A stretch of DNA of 64,000 nt, from IMG/VR virus record IMGVR_UViG_3300007747_000151; one strand, written 5' to 3'. The notes under the pieces were generated by a model, which saw nothing but the letters and a program-made list of their open reading frames with translations, did no database searches and was not told the origin of the DNA. This DNA comes from an uncultured virus (IMG/VR IMGVR_UViG_3300007747_000151). Lineage: Duplodnaviria > Heunggongvirae > Uroviricota > Caudoviricetes. Within the stretch, counting starts at the first letter, position 1. Each line of letters starts with the position of its first letter. This document shows, in pieces, positions 38,071 to 48,176 of this stretch. The position numbers were made by a program, and so were the translations under genes.

Positions 38071-38489
38071 TGTTTAATCGTAATGATCTGACCCTTTCGC
38101 TTTTCTATGCTTCGAGCACGAATGACGAAGGTGAAAAAGTCGCGACATTGACCGTTCAGGTGAACAATTCCGACATGGTGGCCATGCAGAGCAACAAGCT
38201 GCAGTGCATCACTGATAAGGCTGGTAAGAAGGCTTATTCCGTTGGCGAGCAGATGGTCTCCAATGGCTCTGATCCGCTGCTGGTTGCTCTGGAGAGCTAC
38301 TGGCGCCAGAACACTGAGGCGGTCGTTACCGGGTTACTGGTCGATGTTGGCGACTTCATTGCTGGCCATATCAGCCAGTCCTCAACGTTCCTCGGCTTCA
38401 ATGGGCTGAAGGTCTTCGAGAATGAACCCCTTGCGGCGCGCATCCCCGAGGATGTGCTGCAGGCCGACGGTGGCGCGTCCGAAGGCTGA
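38070..38489 (+). CDS. Hypothetical protein
   Basis: 139-aa ORF between lysis genes and cos. Confidence 0.65.
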   Translation: MFNRNDLTLSLFYASSTNDEGEKVATLTVQVNNSDMVAMQSNKLQCITDKAGKKAYSVGEQMVSNGSDPLLVALESYWRQNTEAVVTGLLVDVGDFIAGHISQSSTFLGFNGLKVFENEPLAARIPEDVLQADGGASEG

Positions 38490-38562
38490 ACATTCACAGA
38501 GGTCGTTCAGTGAGCGGCCTCGATGATTGGTCAGCTATTGCAAATGACAATCATTATTGCAT

Positions 38563-38609
38563 GGGTCCTCCCGGCGGGGTGGCCTTCCACGGGGCGGCGC
38601 GCTCGCGGG
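38563..38609 (+). other. Lambda-like cos site (cosQ + cosN)
   Basis: cosQ GGGTCCT 38563-38569; 12-nt GGGCGGCGCGCT 38592-38603 followed by CGCGGG, as in lambda GGGCGGCGACCT-CGCGGG. Confidence 0.85.
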
Positions 38610-38720
38610 AATCGGCTAGTTTTCTGGATCCATGGTCATCATCATCATTTGCGCAGGTTTTTGATTTTATTGATGCCTGTTTTGCAATGATGTCGAAACG
38701 GTTGAAAAGTGTTCACCATC

Positions 38721-39209
38721 ATGGATCAGGAAATCGCTTCTCTGAAGCTGAATATTAATCAGCTGGCGGGCATAACCAATGTCCACCGCCAGACGGTGGC
38801 CGCCAGGCTGAAAAATGTCGAACCAGCACCGGGCAGCAACAGCAAATTAAAACTGTTTTTAGTGACCGACGTTCTGGCTGAATTAATGATCCCCACAGTT
38901 GCAACCAGTCTGGAGGATATGCCACCGGCGGACAGGCTGGCGCACTGGAAGGCGGAGAACGAGCGGATCAAGTTTGAGCAGGATACGGGGCAGCTTATAC
39001 CGGCAGATGAAGTGGCCAGAGAGTTTTCAGTCATGGCTAAAGCCGTTGTGATGGTGCTCGAAACGCTTCCCGATGTACTCGAGCGAGATTGCGCGCTTTC
39101 CCCTGCAGCGGTTGCCCGGGTGCAGAGTGTGATTGACGATTTGCGCGACCAGATGGCCCAAAAGGTCATGGAAGCCGAAGCAGAGGAGGATGAGCCAGAG
39201 GAGGACTGA
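38721..39209 (+). CDS. Terminase small subunit (DUF1441 type)
   Basis: LNINQLAGIT.VHRQTVAARL HTH; directly after cos. Confidence 0.88.
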   Translation: MDQEIASLKLNINQLAGITNVHRQTVAARLKNVEPAPGSNSKLKLFLVTDVLAELMIPTVATSLEDMPPADRLAHWKAENERIKFEQDTGQLIPADEVAREFSVMAKAVVMVLETLPDVLERDCALSPAAVARVQSVIDDLRDQMAQKVMEAEAEEDEPEED

Positions 39210-41311
39210 TGGCAAAGCGGGCATCCGCCAGGGGGATCCGACGGGATGTCTCCGGAATTTTACGCGCGCCACGCCGCATGCTGGTTGCCGACGCGGTAGC
39301 CGAGTATATGCGTGTGCCGATGGGCGCCGGTAACTCGGTCCCATGGGATCCTAATCTGGCCCCATATGTGATAGAGCCGATGAACTGCCTGGCATCGCGT
39401 GAGTACGATGCTGTGGTATTCGTTGGCCCCGCACGAACGGGTAAGACGATTGGCCTGATTGATGGATGGATCGTATACAGCATTGTTTGTGATCCGGCGG
39501 ATATGCTGGTTATTCAGGTATCAGAAGAAAAAGCGCGTGAACACTCGAAAAAACGTCTGGACCGTACATTCCGATGTAGCCCTGAAGTAAAAACCAGATT
39601 GAGTCCGCGTCGTAACGATAACAACGTTCACGATCGTACTTTCCGCGCTGGTAACTATCTGAAACTTGGCTGGCCCTCAGTCAATATTATGTCCTCGTCG
39701 GACTATAAATTTGTTGCGCTAACCGACTACGACCGCTTCCCGGAAGACATTGACGGGGAGGGGGACGGATTCTCGCTTGCCTCCAAACGTACTACTACGT
39801 TTATGTCTTCGGGTATGACCCTGGTCGAAAGCTCACCGGGCCGCGACATTCTCGATACGAAATGGCGGCAGAGTTCACCCCATGAAGCACCTCCCACGAC
39901 GGGAGTGTTGTCGCTGTATAACCGCGGCGACCGCCGGCGGCTTTACTGGCCTTGCCCGCATTGTGGGGAATATTTTCAGCCTGAAGTTGCCAACATGATG
40001 GGCTACCGTGACACGACGGACCTGGTCACAGCCAGCGAAGCGGCCTATCTGCAATGCCCGGCCTGCAAAGGTAAAGTGCTTCCTGCGATGAAGCGCGAGC
40101 TGAACATGAAAAGCGTCTGGCTACGTGACGGGCAGTCAATTGATCGGGATGGAAACATTACAGGGGAGGGCCGGCGGTCACGCATTGCTTCTTTCTGGAT
40201 GGAAGGGCCAGCAGCTGCTTATCAGACCTGGTCACAGCTAATTTATAAATATCTGGCGGCTGAGCAGGAATACGAAAAAAACCAAAGCGAAGAGACACTA
40301 AAAACGGTCGTTAACACTGACTTTGGTCGCCCTTATCTTCCGCGCGCGAGTACCGAACAGCGTAAAAGCGAATTGCTCGAACAGCGGGCCGAGGATGTCC
40401 CGAAACGTTGTGTGCCTGATGGTGTTTGTTTCCTGGTGGCGACTGTCGACGTGCAGGGGGGACGTAATCGCCGCTTTGTCGTTCAGGTTACTGGCTACGG
40501 AAGCATGGGCGAACGGTGGCTGGTGGACCGTTACAACATTCGCCAGTCACTCCGGTGCGACGCGAACGGTGAAAGCCTGCCTATCGACCCAGCCAGTTAC
40601 CCGGAGGACTGGGATCTGCTGCTGACTGATGTCTTTTACAAGACGTGGCGAATGGCATCCGATCCCCGCCGGTGTATGCGCCTGATGGCAATGGCAGTCG
40701 ATTCCGGCGGTGAAGATGGTGTCACCGATAATGCCTACCGATTCTGGCGTAAATGCCGTCGGGAGGGAATTGGCCGGCATGTTTACCTGTTTAAAGGTGA
40801 TGGTCATCGACGCGAAAAGCTGATCACCCAATCCCTGCCAGATAACACCGGCCGTTCAGCGCGCCGGGCGAAAGCCGCCGGGGATGTTCCTCTTTATCTG
40901 CTGCAAACCAATGACCTCAAAGACCGGGTAAACAACGCCTTGTGGCGCGATACCCCCGGGCCGAACTACATCCATTTCCCGAAGTGGCTGGGAAGCTGGT
41001 TTTACGACGAACTGACTTATGAGGAGCGTGATTCTGATGGCAAATGGAGTAAGCCAGGGCGCGGCGCCAACGAAGCTTTTGACCTGCTGGTTTACGCTGA
41101 TGCGCTGGTTATCCTTCGCGGATACGAAAAAATTAAATGGCCTGATGCGCCTGAATGGGCGAGGAGGGAAACGTGGATGGAGAACGTGCCGCAGGAAACT
41201 GGCGAAGAAGCACCCCCGGCACCAGCGCCTGCCCAGACCAAAAAGCGCAAACGCAAAAAAACCGTAACAGATGACGCTAACCCATGGGCCACCTCAGGAG
41301 GCTGGTTGTGA
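39209..41311 (+). CDS. Terminase large subunit (GpA family)
   Basis: GPARTGKT Walker A, TDYDRF, ESSPG, VDVQG, AVDSGG, NEAFDL. Confidence 0.95.
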   Translation: MAKRASARGIRRDVSGILRAPRRMLVADAVAEYMRVPMGAGNSVPWDPNLAPYVIEPMNCLASREYDAVVFVGPARTGKTIGLIDGWIVYSIVCDPADMLVIQVSEEKAREHSKKRLDRTFRCSPEVKTRLSPRRNDNNVHDRTFRAGNYLKLGWPSVNIMSSSDYKFVALTDYDRFPEDIDGEGDGFSLASKRTTTFMSSGMTLVESSPGRDILDTKWRQSSPHEAPPTTGVLSLYNRGDRRRLYWPCPHCGEYFQPEVANMMGYRDTTDLVTASEAAYLQCPACKGKVLPAMKRELNMKSVWLRDGQSIDRDGNITGEGRRSRIASFWMEGPAAAYQTWSQLIYKYLAAEQEYEKNQSEETLKTVVNTDFGRPYLPRASTEQRKSELLEQRAEDVPKRCVPDGVCFLVATVDVQGGRNRRFVVQVTGYGSMGERWLVDRYNIRQSLRCDANGESLPIDPASYPEDWDLLLTDVFYKTWRMASDPRRCMRLMAMAVDSGGEDGVTDNAYRFWRKCRREGIGRHVYLFKGDGHRREKLITQSLPDNTGRSARRAKAAGDVPLYLLQTNDLKDRVNNALWRDTPGPNYIHFPKWLGSWFYDELTYEERDSDGKWSKPGRGANEAFDLLVYADALVILRGYEKIKWPDAPEWARRETWMENVPQETGEEAPPAPAPAQTKKRKRKKTVTDDANPWATSGGWL

Positions 41312-41520
41312 ATAAAAGTGATATTGAGGCCATGATCCAGCGCTATGCCGAAGCGGAAATGGCGGTACTGGATGGCAAATCCATTAAATTTAACGGTCAG
41401 GAAATGACCATGGAAAACCTGTCGGAAATCCGCAAAGGACGACAGGAATGGGAGCGGCGCCTTTCTTCCCTGAATAATAAGCGCCGGGGACGGCCTGGCT
41501 ACAAACTGGCGAGGTTGTAA
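41308..41520 (+). CDS. gpW-like head completion protein
   Basis: YAEAEMAVLDGKSI.FNGQ...ENLSEIRKGRQEWE between terminase and portal. Confidence 0.8.
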   Translation: MNKSDIEAMIQRYAEAEMAVLDGKSIKFNGQEMTMENLSEIRKGRQEWERRLSSLNNKRRGRPGYKLARL

Positions 41521-43022
41521 TGTCTCTACTTGATGATGCGATTGGTGTCATTTCCCCTGGCTGGAAGGCCGCAAGGCTACGCTCACGCGCCATGATACAG
41601 GCATATGAGGCCGTTAAGCCCACGCGCACCCACAAAGCCCGTCGGGAAAATCGTTCGGCTGATCAACTCAGCCAGATGGGGGCTGCCTCGCTGCGGGAGC
41701 AGGCGCGGTGGCTGGATAATAACCACGATTTAGTGATTGGCATTTTCGATAAGCTTGAAGAGCGGGTGGTTGGTAAAAGCGGGATTATTGTGGAGCCGCA
41801 TCCGAAGCTCAAGAACGGCAAGATCGCTAAAAAGCTGGCGGCGGATATCCGTCAGAAATGGGGTGAATGGTCTATTCGACCAGAAGTGACCCATCAGTTT
41901 ACCCGCCCCATGCTGGAGCGCCTGATGTTACGCAGCTGGTTGCGCGACGGGGAGGTTTTTGCACAGATAGTCAGCGGCACAGGCAATGGCCTGACGCCTA
42001 CCGCCGGGGTGCCGTTCTGGCTGGAAGCGCTGGAAGCTGATTTTGTTCCCCAGACCAGCAGCGAGTCGGACAAGCTAAATCAGGGGGTATATACCGATAA
42101 CTGGGGCAGGCCAAAGGGCTATCTGGTCTATAAAAGCCTGCCGGTGTCTGGCCGTCAGATGGATACCAAACGGATTGATGCAGAAAATATGCTGCACCTG
42201 AAGTTTGTCAGGCGGCTGCATCAGACGCGAGGCACCTCCTTGCTATCGGGTGTTCTGATGCGTCTCAGTGCGCTGAAAGAGTATGAAGATGCTGAACTGA
42301 CAGCAGCACGTATCGCCGCCGCCCTTGGGATGTATATCAAAAAAGGGGATGGGCAAAGCTGGGATGAAAACGCCGGTAAGGATGATGATCGTGAGCTGAA
42401 TATTCAGCCCGGCATTATCTACGACGATCTGCTGCCTGGCGAGGATATCGGCATGGTCAAATCCGATCGCCCGAATCCCAATCTTGAAACCTTCCGCAAC
42501 GGCCAGCTGCGTGCCGTTTCCGCCGGCAGCCGCCTGAGTTTTTCCAGTACGGCCAGAAACTATAACGGGACCTATAGTGCTCAACGGCAGGAGCTGGTGG
42601 AGTCGACAGACGGTTATCTCATTCTGCAGGACTGGTTTATTGGTGCCGTGACGCGTCCGATGTATCGCGCCTGGTTGAAAATGGCGGTCGCCAGCGGCGA
42701 GATCACCTTACCGCGTGGGCTGGATGTTGAGTCCTTATACACCGCGGTGTATTCCGGCCCCGTGATGCCATGGATTGATCCCGTTAAGGAGGCTAATGCC
42801 TGGAAGGCTCAGATCCGTGGTGGCGCGGCGACGGAGTCAGACTGGGTTCGCGCCAGTGGGCGCCATCCGGATGATGTTAAAGCGCGCCGCAAGGCCGAAA
42901 TAGACGAAAACCGTGAGCAGGGGCTGGTATTTGATACTGATCCTGCCAATGACAGAGGAGGCACCAGTGCCGATGCCAAAGATACGGGCGTACCAACGTC
43001 CGAAAGCCAGCGTAAAAAGTAA
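41520..43022 (+). CDS. Portal protein (lambda family)
   Basis: LREQARWLDNN...RDGEVF...QTRG...WIDPVKE. Confidence 0.93.
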   Translation: MSLLDDAIGVISPGWKAARLRSRAMIQAYEAVKPTRTHKARRENRSADQLSQMGAASLREQARWLDNNHDLVIGIFDKLEERVVGKSGIIVEPHPKLKNGKIAKKLAADIRQKWGEWSIRPEVTHQFTRPMLERLMLRSWLRDGEVFAQIVSGTGNGLTPTAGVPFWLEALEADFVPQTSSESDKLNQGVYTDNWGRPKGYLVYKSLPVSGRQMDTKRIDAENMLHLKFVRRLHQTRGTSLLSGVLMRLSALKEYEDAELTAARIAAALGMYIKKGDGQSWDENAGKDDDRELNIQPGIIYDDLLPGEDIGMVKSDRPNPNLETFRNGQLRAVSAGSRLSFSSTARNYNGTYSAQRQELVESTDGYLILQDWFIGAVTRPMYRAWLKMAVASGEITLPRGLDVESLYTAVYSGPVMPWIDPVKEANAWKAQIRGGAATESDWVRASGRHPDDVKARRKAEIDENREQGLVFDTDPANDRGGTSADAKDTGVPTSESQRKK

Positions 43023-44994
43023 TTCATGGTTCCGCATGAAGTCCAGCGCCAACAATGAAGCGGATATCTATATCTATGATGAAATTGGTTATTGGGGAGT
43101 AACAGCCAAACAGTTTGTTAACGATCTTAAAGCGCTGGGTGATGTCAGCCACATTAACCTTCACATTAATTCGCCTGGTGGCGATGTCTTTGATGGCATC
43201 GCCATTTTTAATGCCCTGAAACATCACGGTGCCGCGATCACCGTTCACATCGATGGCCTGGCTGCCTCGATGGCTTCTGTCATCGCAATGGTGGGTAACC
43301 CGGTCATCATGCCGGAAAACACCATGATGATGATCCATAAGCCATGGGGATTTGCCGGCGGCGATGCCAACGACATGCGCGACTACGCTGATTTGCTGGA
43401 TAAAGTTGAATCGGTCTTAATCCCCGCCTATGCAGCAAAAACCGGAAAAACCTCTGATGAGATTGCGGCAATGCTGGAAGACGAAACCTGGCTGGATGGC
43501 GCTGAATGCCTTGCCATGGGTTTTGCTGACCAGGTGATCCCATCCCTTCAGGCCATGGCCTGTATTCATTCAAAACGTATTGAGGAATTTGAAAAAATGC
43601 CAAACAGCATTCGTAATATGGTCACCCCGCCGCGTAACTCCACTCAGCGCGAACCGCAGCAGCCTGTACCACAACCTCAGGCACACCAACCTACCGCCCC
43701 TCAGCCTGCCGCTGTGGATGAGAATGCTATCCGGGCGCAGGTTTATGCCGAACAGCGTAACCGTGTGAACGGGATTAATGATCTGTTTGCTATGTTCGGC
43801 GGTAAGCACCAGGAGCTGCAAAACCAGTGTATTGCGGACCCCGATTGCACTGTGGAGCAGGCGAAAGATGTTCTGTTGGCTGCTCTGGGCAAGGCTGCTA
43901 CTCCATCGAACAAAAGCGAACAGCCGCACATTTATGCCGGGAACGGGAATTTTGTTGGCGATGGCATCCGCCAGGCGCTGATGGCCCGTGCAGGGTATGA
44001 AAATCAGGAACGAGATAACGTGTACAACGGGATGACGCTACGTGAGTATGCGCGTATGGCACTGACGGAACGCGGTATCGGGGTCGCCAGTTACAATCCG
44101 ATGCAGATGGTTGGCCTGGCATTGACTCACAGCACCTCTGATTTTGGCAATATTCTGCTCGACGTGGCGAATAAGGCGCTTCTTCAGGGCTGGGATGAGG
44201 CAGCAGAGACCTTTGATCTGTGGACGAAGAAAGGCCAGCTGTCTGATTTTAAAACGGCTCACCGCGTGGGAATGGGCGGTTTTAACTCCCTGCGTAAGGT
44301 TCGCGAAGGGGCTGAATATAAATATGTGACCACGGGCGATAAAGGGGAAACGATCGCACTGGCTACCTATGGGGAAATTTTCTCCATCACCCGCCAGGCG
44401 ATTATCAACGATGATCTGAACGCATTAACCGACGTCCCGGCGAAAATGGGGCGCGCCGCGAAAGCCACCATTGGTGATTTGGTGTATGCGATTCTGCTGG
44501 ATAACCCGAAACTGTCCGACGGAAAACCACTGTTCCATGCCGATCATAAAAACCTTTCTTCTGGCGCCATTTCTGTTTCGAGCATCGATGATGCCCGCAA
44601 ACTGATGCGCCTGCAGAAAGAGGGCGAGCGCTCTCTGAACATTCGTCCGGCCTACATGCTGGTGCCGGTGGGGCTCGAAACACTGGCTAATCAGACGATT
44701 AAATCAGCAAGTGTTAAGGGTGCTGATATTAACTCAGGGATCAACAACCCTATCCAGAACTTTGCGGAGGTTATTTCTGAACCGCGACTGGATGACAAGG
44801 ATCCGAACGCCTGGTATCTGGCCGCAGCAAAAGGCACCGATACCATCGAAGTGGCTTACCTGAATGGTGTTGATACGCCTTACATTGACCAGCAGGAAGG
44901 TTTCAATACCGATGGTATTGCTACGAAGGTACGCATCGATGCAGGCGTGGCGCCGTTAGACTTCCGCGGTCTGACGAAATCCTCTGGTAAGTAA
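42967..44994 (+). CDS. ClpP-like prohead protease / major capsid fusion
   Basis: HINSPGGDVFDG...GLAASMAS...MIHKPW protease then a capsid domain (TSDFG.IL...SDFK...DAGVAPLDFRG); GTG start after GGAGG. Confidence 0.9.
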   Translation: MPMPKIRAYQRPKASVKSNSWFRMKSSANNEADIYIYDEIGYWGVTAKQFVNDLKALGDVSHINLHINSPGGDVFDGIAIFNALKHHGAAITVHIDGLAASMASVIAMVGNPVIMPENTMMMIHKPWGFAGGDANDMRDYADLLDKVESVLIPAYAAKTGKTSDEIAAMLEDETWLDGAECLAMGFADQVIPSLQAMACIHSKRIEEFEKMPNSIRNMVTPPRNSTQREPQQPVPQPQAHQPTAPQPAAVDENAIRAQVYAEQRNRVNGINDLFAMFGGKHQELQNQCIADPDCTVEQAKDVLLAALGKAATPSNKSEQPHIYAGNGNFVGDGIRQALMARAGYENQERDNVYNGMTLREYARMALTERGIGVASYNPMQMVGLALTHSTSDFGNILLDVANKALLQGWDEAAETFDLWTKKGQLSDFKTAHRVGMGGFNSLRKVREGAEYKYVTTGDKGETIALATYGEIFSITRQAIINDDLNALTDVPAKMGRAAKATIGDLVYAILLDNPKLSDGKPLFHADHKNLSSGAISVSSIDDARKLMRLQKEGERSLNIRPAYMLVPVGLETLANQTIKSASVKGADINSGINNPIQNFAEVISEPRLDDKDPNAWYLAAAKGTDTIEVAYLNGVDTPYIDQQEGFNTDGIATKVRIDAGVAPLDFRGLTKSSGK

Positions 44995-45015
44995 TTCCCA
45001 CCCACTCGAACCTCT

Positions 45016-45037
45016 TAGCCCATATGGGCTTTTTTTA
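45016..45037 (+). terminator. Terminator after the capsid gene
   Basis: AGCCCATATGGGCT followed by a T run. Confidence 0.65.
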
Positions 45038-45075
45038 TACCTGAAATCAGCCCTTCCGGGCTGATAGGAGATGTT

Positions 45076-45402
45076 ATGGCTAAAAACTATGTGCAGGAAG
45101 GAAAGACTATCCCTCTGGAGAATGCCGGACAGGAAATCATCCTGAGCGGGGCGCCGGTCGTTATCGGTCAAATGATTGCGGTTGCGATCACGGATATTCC
45201 AGGCGGCGATACAGGTGATGGCCTTACCGAAGGTGTATTCCAGTTGCCGAAGCTGGCCGCCGATGAAATCAGCGCGGGGGAAAAGGTATATATCAAGGCG
45301 GGTAAAGTACAACTGGAAGCCACTGATGCCGTCCTGGCGGGTGTTGCCTGGGAAAATGCTGCGGCTAACAGTACCGTCATTGACGTCAAAATCAATGCCT
45401 AA
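45076..45402 (+). CDS. DUF2190 capsid accessory protein
   Basis: MAKNYVQEGKTI...EGVFQLPK. Confidence 0.85.
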   Translation: MAKNYVQEGKTIPLENAGQEIILSGAPVVIGQMIAVAITDIPGGDTGDGLTEGVFQLPKLAADEISAGEKVYIKAGKVQLEATDAVLAGVAWENAAANSTVIDVKINA

Positions 45403-45670
45403 CCCTTTCGACAAGATGGCGGCCCGGATGGATGCCGCCACCCTCAAAAAAATGGGCAGGGAAGCGGTCATTAACGGCATAAGCGTTGACGTCGTGCCTG
45501 CTGAATTGCTGGAGGAGATGGGCGTGTTGTCCGGTACCGCAACGGTGCTGGTTGTTTTTGCTGCTGACTATCGGCCCGCCAGAAACGATGCTGTCGAATA
45601 TGACGGTAAAGACTGGATCGTTACCCGTTATCAGCTTTTTAACGGGAAGCCTCAAATCTGGCTGGAGTGA
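45395..45670 (+). CDS. Head-tail joining protein
   Basis: MPNPFDKMAARMDAAT...; ATG overlaps the upstream stop. Confidence 0.75.
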   Translation: MPNPFDKMAARMDAATLKKMGREAVINGISVDVVPAELLEEMGVLSGTATVLVVFAADYRPARNDAVEYDGKDWIVTRYQLFNGKPQIWLE

Positions 45671-46252
45671 ATGATGTCACTGAAAGGTCTTGAGCGTGCG
45701 ATCCAGAACCTGAACAGTCTGAGCCGCCTGATGGTCCCAACGGCTGCCGCCCAGGCGCTCAACCGGGTCGCCGGGCGGGCGATTACGCAGGGCAGCAGGA
45801 AAGTCGCAAAAGAAGCGACAGTGGGCGATAACCACAAAAAGGGGTTGCCGGTGAAGCTGGTCCGCCAGCGTTCGCGTCTTAAGCGCGCGAAGCCTGAAAG
45901 GCTGGTGGCGGCAATTCGTATTAACCGGGGAAACCTGCCTGCAATCAAGCTGGGTGCAGCGCGCGTGCAACTCTCCAGGCGAAAAGGAGAAAAGCGCGGG
46001 CGCGGTAGCGTGTTACGTATTGGCCCGTACATTTTCAGAAATGCGTTTATTCAGCAGCTGGCGAACGGGCGATGGCAGGTTATGCGCCGGTTGGGTAAAC
46101 CCCGTTACCCGATAGATGTTGTCAAAGTTCCCCTCGAAATCCCATTAACCCAATCCTTCACCGCGATATCAAAGCAGCTTATCGACAGCGATATGCCGAA
46201 GGAGCTGTCTGCCGCGCTGAAAAATCAACTGAGGATCCACCTGAAGCGATGA
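45671..46252 (+). CDS. Minor tail protein Z
   Basis: KGLERAIQNL...NRGNLPAIKLG...RYPIDVVKVP. Confidence 0.9.
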   Translation: MMSLKGLERAIQNLNSLSRLMVPTAAAQALNRVAGRAITQGSRKVAKEATVGDNHKKGLPVKLVRQRSRLKRAKPERLVAAIRINRGNLPAIKLGAARVQLSRRKGEKRGRGSVLRIGPYIFRNAFIQQLANGRWQVMRRLGKPRYPIDVVKVPLEIPLTQSFTAISKQLIDSDMPKELSAALKNQLRIHLKR

Positions 46253-46650
46253 GCAAACACACCGCTATTCGTCTTGCGGTACTGGAACAACTAAAGGCGT
46301 CCATTCCGGATCGTGTGACATGGTTTGACGGGCGCCCTGTTTTTCTGGAAGAGCAGGACCTGCCGGCGCTGGCAGTCTATCTGTCTGATGCCGAATACAC
46401 GGGAGACAGCCTTGATGAGGACAGCTGGCAATCAGTCCTCCATATCGAGGTATTTCTGAAATCCACCACGCCGGATAGCGCGCTGGATGCGTGGATGGAG
46501 GAAAAGGTGTACCCGGCCCTTGAGACTATCCCGGCGCTATCTCCCTTAATCGAAACGATGATCCCCATGGGCTACGACTACCAGCGCGATGACGAAATGG
46601 CTACCTGGGGATCGGTCGACCTGACGTACACTCTCACTTACCTGAGATAA
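46249..46650 (+). CDS. Tail terminator U
   Basis: KHTAIR...FDGRP...LHIEVFL...GYDYQRDDE. Confidence 0.9.
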   Translation: MSKHTAIRLAVLEQLKASIPDRVTWFDGRPVFLEEQDLPALAVYLSDAEYTGDSLDEDSWQSVLHIEVFLKSTTPDSALDAWMEEKVYPALETIPALSPLIETMIPMGYDYQRDDEMATWGSVDLTYTLTYLR

Positions 46651-46658
46651 GGAATTTT

Positions 46659-47402
46659 ATGGCTACTCCAAATCCAATGGCCCCGGTTAAAGGGGCGGGC
46701 ACCACGCTCTGGTTATATACCGGAACGGGAAATCCCTACGCTAACCCACTTTCCGATGCCGACTGGCAGCGCCTGGCAAAAATTAAGGAACTCACGCCGG
46801 GCGAAATGACGGCGGAGTCCTACGATGACAACTACCTTGACGATGACGACGCAGACTGGACCGCGACTGCACAGGGGGCAAAATCGGCAGGTGATACATC
46901 ATTAACGCTGGCCTGGAAACCGGGTGAAGAAGGGCAAAAGTCGCTGGTGGCCTGGTTTGTCGATGGCGATGTGCGGGCCTACAAAATTAAATACCCGAAT
47001 GGCACCGTGGATGTGTTCAAAGGCTGGTGCAGTAGCCTGGGTAAAGCCATCCCCGCGAAAGAAGTGATCACCCGTACCGCCAAAATCACCAATACCGGGA
47101 AACCGGAGCTGGCGGAAGAAAGCGGTAATCCGCCAATCGCAGTGACCGGCATTAAACTCGACAAGGCAACGGCCAGCGTGGCCGTCGGCGCAACCACAAC
47201 GCTAAACGTCACCTTCCTGCCTGCTAGCGCGTCGGAACAGTCTTTCCGTGCGGCGACCTCGGATAGCACGAAGGCTACCGTGGCCGTGAGTGGCAAATCT
47301 CTGATTGTCACCGGCGTGGCGGCTGGCGCGGCCGACATTATTGTCATGAGCAATGACGGTAATTTTGTGGCGACCTGCAAAACCACCGTGACGGCGTCCT
47401 GA
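46659..47402 (+). CDS. Major tail tube protein V with C-terminal Ig-like domain
   Basis: [14 protein letters not shown]...[13 protein letters not shown]...[15 protein letters not shown]. Confidence 0.92.
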   Translation: MATPNPMAPVKGAGTTLWLYTGTGNPYANPLSDADWQRLAKIKELTPGEMTAESYDDNYLDDDDADWTATAQGAKSAGDTSLTLAWKPGEEGQKSLVAWFVDGDVRAYKIKYPNGTVDVFKGWCSSLGKAIPAKEVITRTAKITNTGKPELAEESGNPPIAVTGIKLDKATASVAVGATTTLNVTFLPASASEQSFRAATSDSTKATVAVSGKSLIVTGVAAGAADIIVMSNDGNFVATCKTTVTAS

Positions 47403-47412
47403 GGATAAAGGC

Positions 47413-47841
47413 ATGAGCATGTTTTTGAAGAAAGACGAATTTACCCATAACGGCGCTACGGTGACGATCACTGAATTATCGGCACTGCAGCGCATTACTT
47501 ATCTCGAATATCTGGCCGCAGAAGAAAAAGCCTTATCCGCCATTTCTGATGACGTGGATGACCAGACAATGTCCGCCGGACTGGTCAGCATGAGTATTCG
47601 CGCAGGCGCGCGCCTCATTGCGCTCTCGCTCTGGCATAACGATCCGAAGGGGCCATCTGAAGAGGAACTCCACCAGCAGGTGATGAGTACCTGGCCGGCT
47701 GAAGCGATTGGCAAAGCGGAAATGCAGATCAAGCTGCTCTCTGGCATGCTGGCGCCGGTTGCCGAAGAAGATCAACCCACGGATGAAGATATTGATGACA
47801 CCGCGCTGGGTGATGAACCTGTTACTGCGGAAAAGCCCTAG
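47413..47841 (+). CDS. Tail assembly chaperone G
   Basis: MFLKKDEF...ELSALQRI.YLEY; ends in slippery GGAAAAG (47829-47835). Confidence 0.88.
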   Translation: MSMFLKKDEFTHNGATVTITELSALQRITYLEYLAAEEKALSAISDDVDDQTMSAGLVSMSIRAGARLIALSLWHNDPKGPSEEELHQQVMSTWPAEAIGKAEMQIKLLSGMLAPVAEEDQPTDEDIDDTALGDEPVTAEKP

Positions 47842-48176
47842 CCAGCGAGCTTGATTTTGTCCTGAAACTGGCGCGCGAGTTCGGGCGGCCCGACTGGCGC
47901 GCCATGCTTGCTGGCATGACGTCCTCCGAGCTGGGCGACTGGCATCACTTTTACCGGGATCGTTATTTTCAGGACGCGCAGCTCGATGCCCACTTCTCCG
48001 GGCTGCTTTACACCATTTCAACCTTCTTATACCGGGATCCGGACATCATCCCTGCACACTTCAGCCTTCTGTCCCCCTCCGCTGAGGCTGCAGCGGATAA
48101 TGTGCAGGACGATGACACCATGATGCTGGCCGCAGAGGGAATAACAGGAGGCACCAGATATGGCCCAGCAGATTAG
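47829..48176 (+). CDS. Tail assembly chaperone T (expressed as G-T by -1 frameshift)
   Basis: -1 frame open from the slippery site: [28 protein letters not shown]. Confidence 0.82.
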   Translation, partial: GKALASELDFVLKLAREFGRPDWRAMLAGMTSSELGDWHHFYRDRYFQDAQLDAHFSGLLYTISTFLYRDPDIIPAHFSLLSPSAEAAADNVQDDDTMMLAAEGITGGTRYGPAD

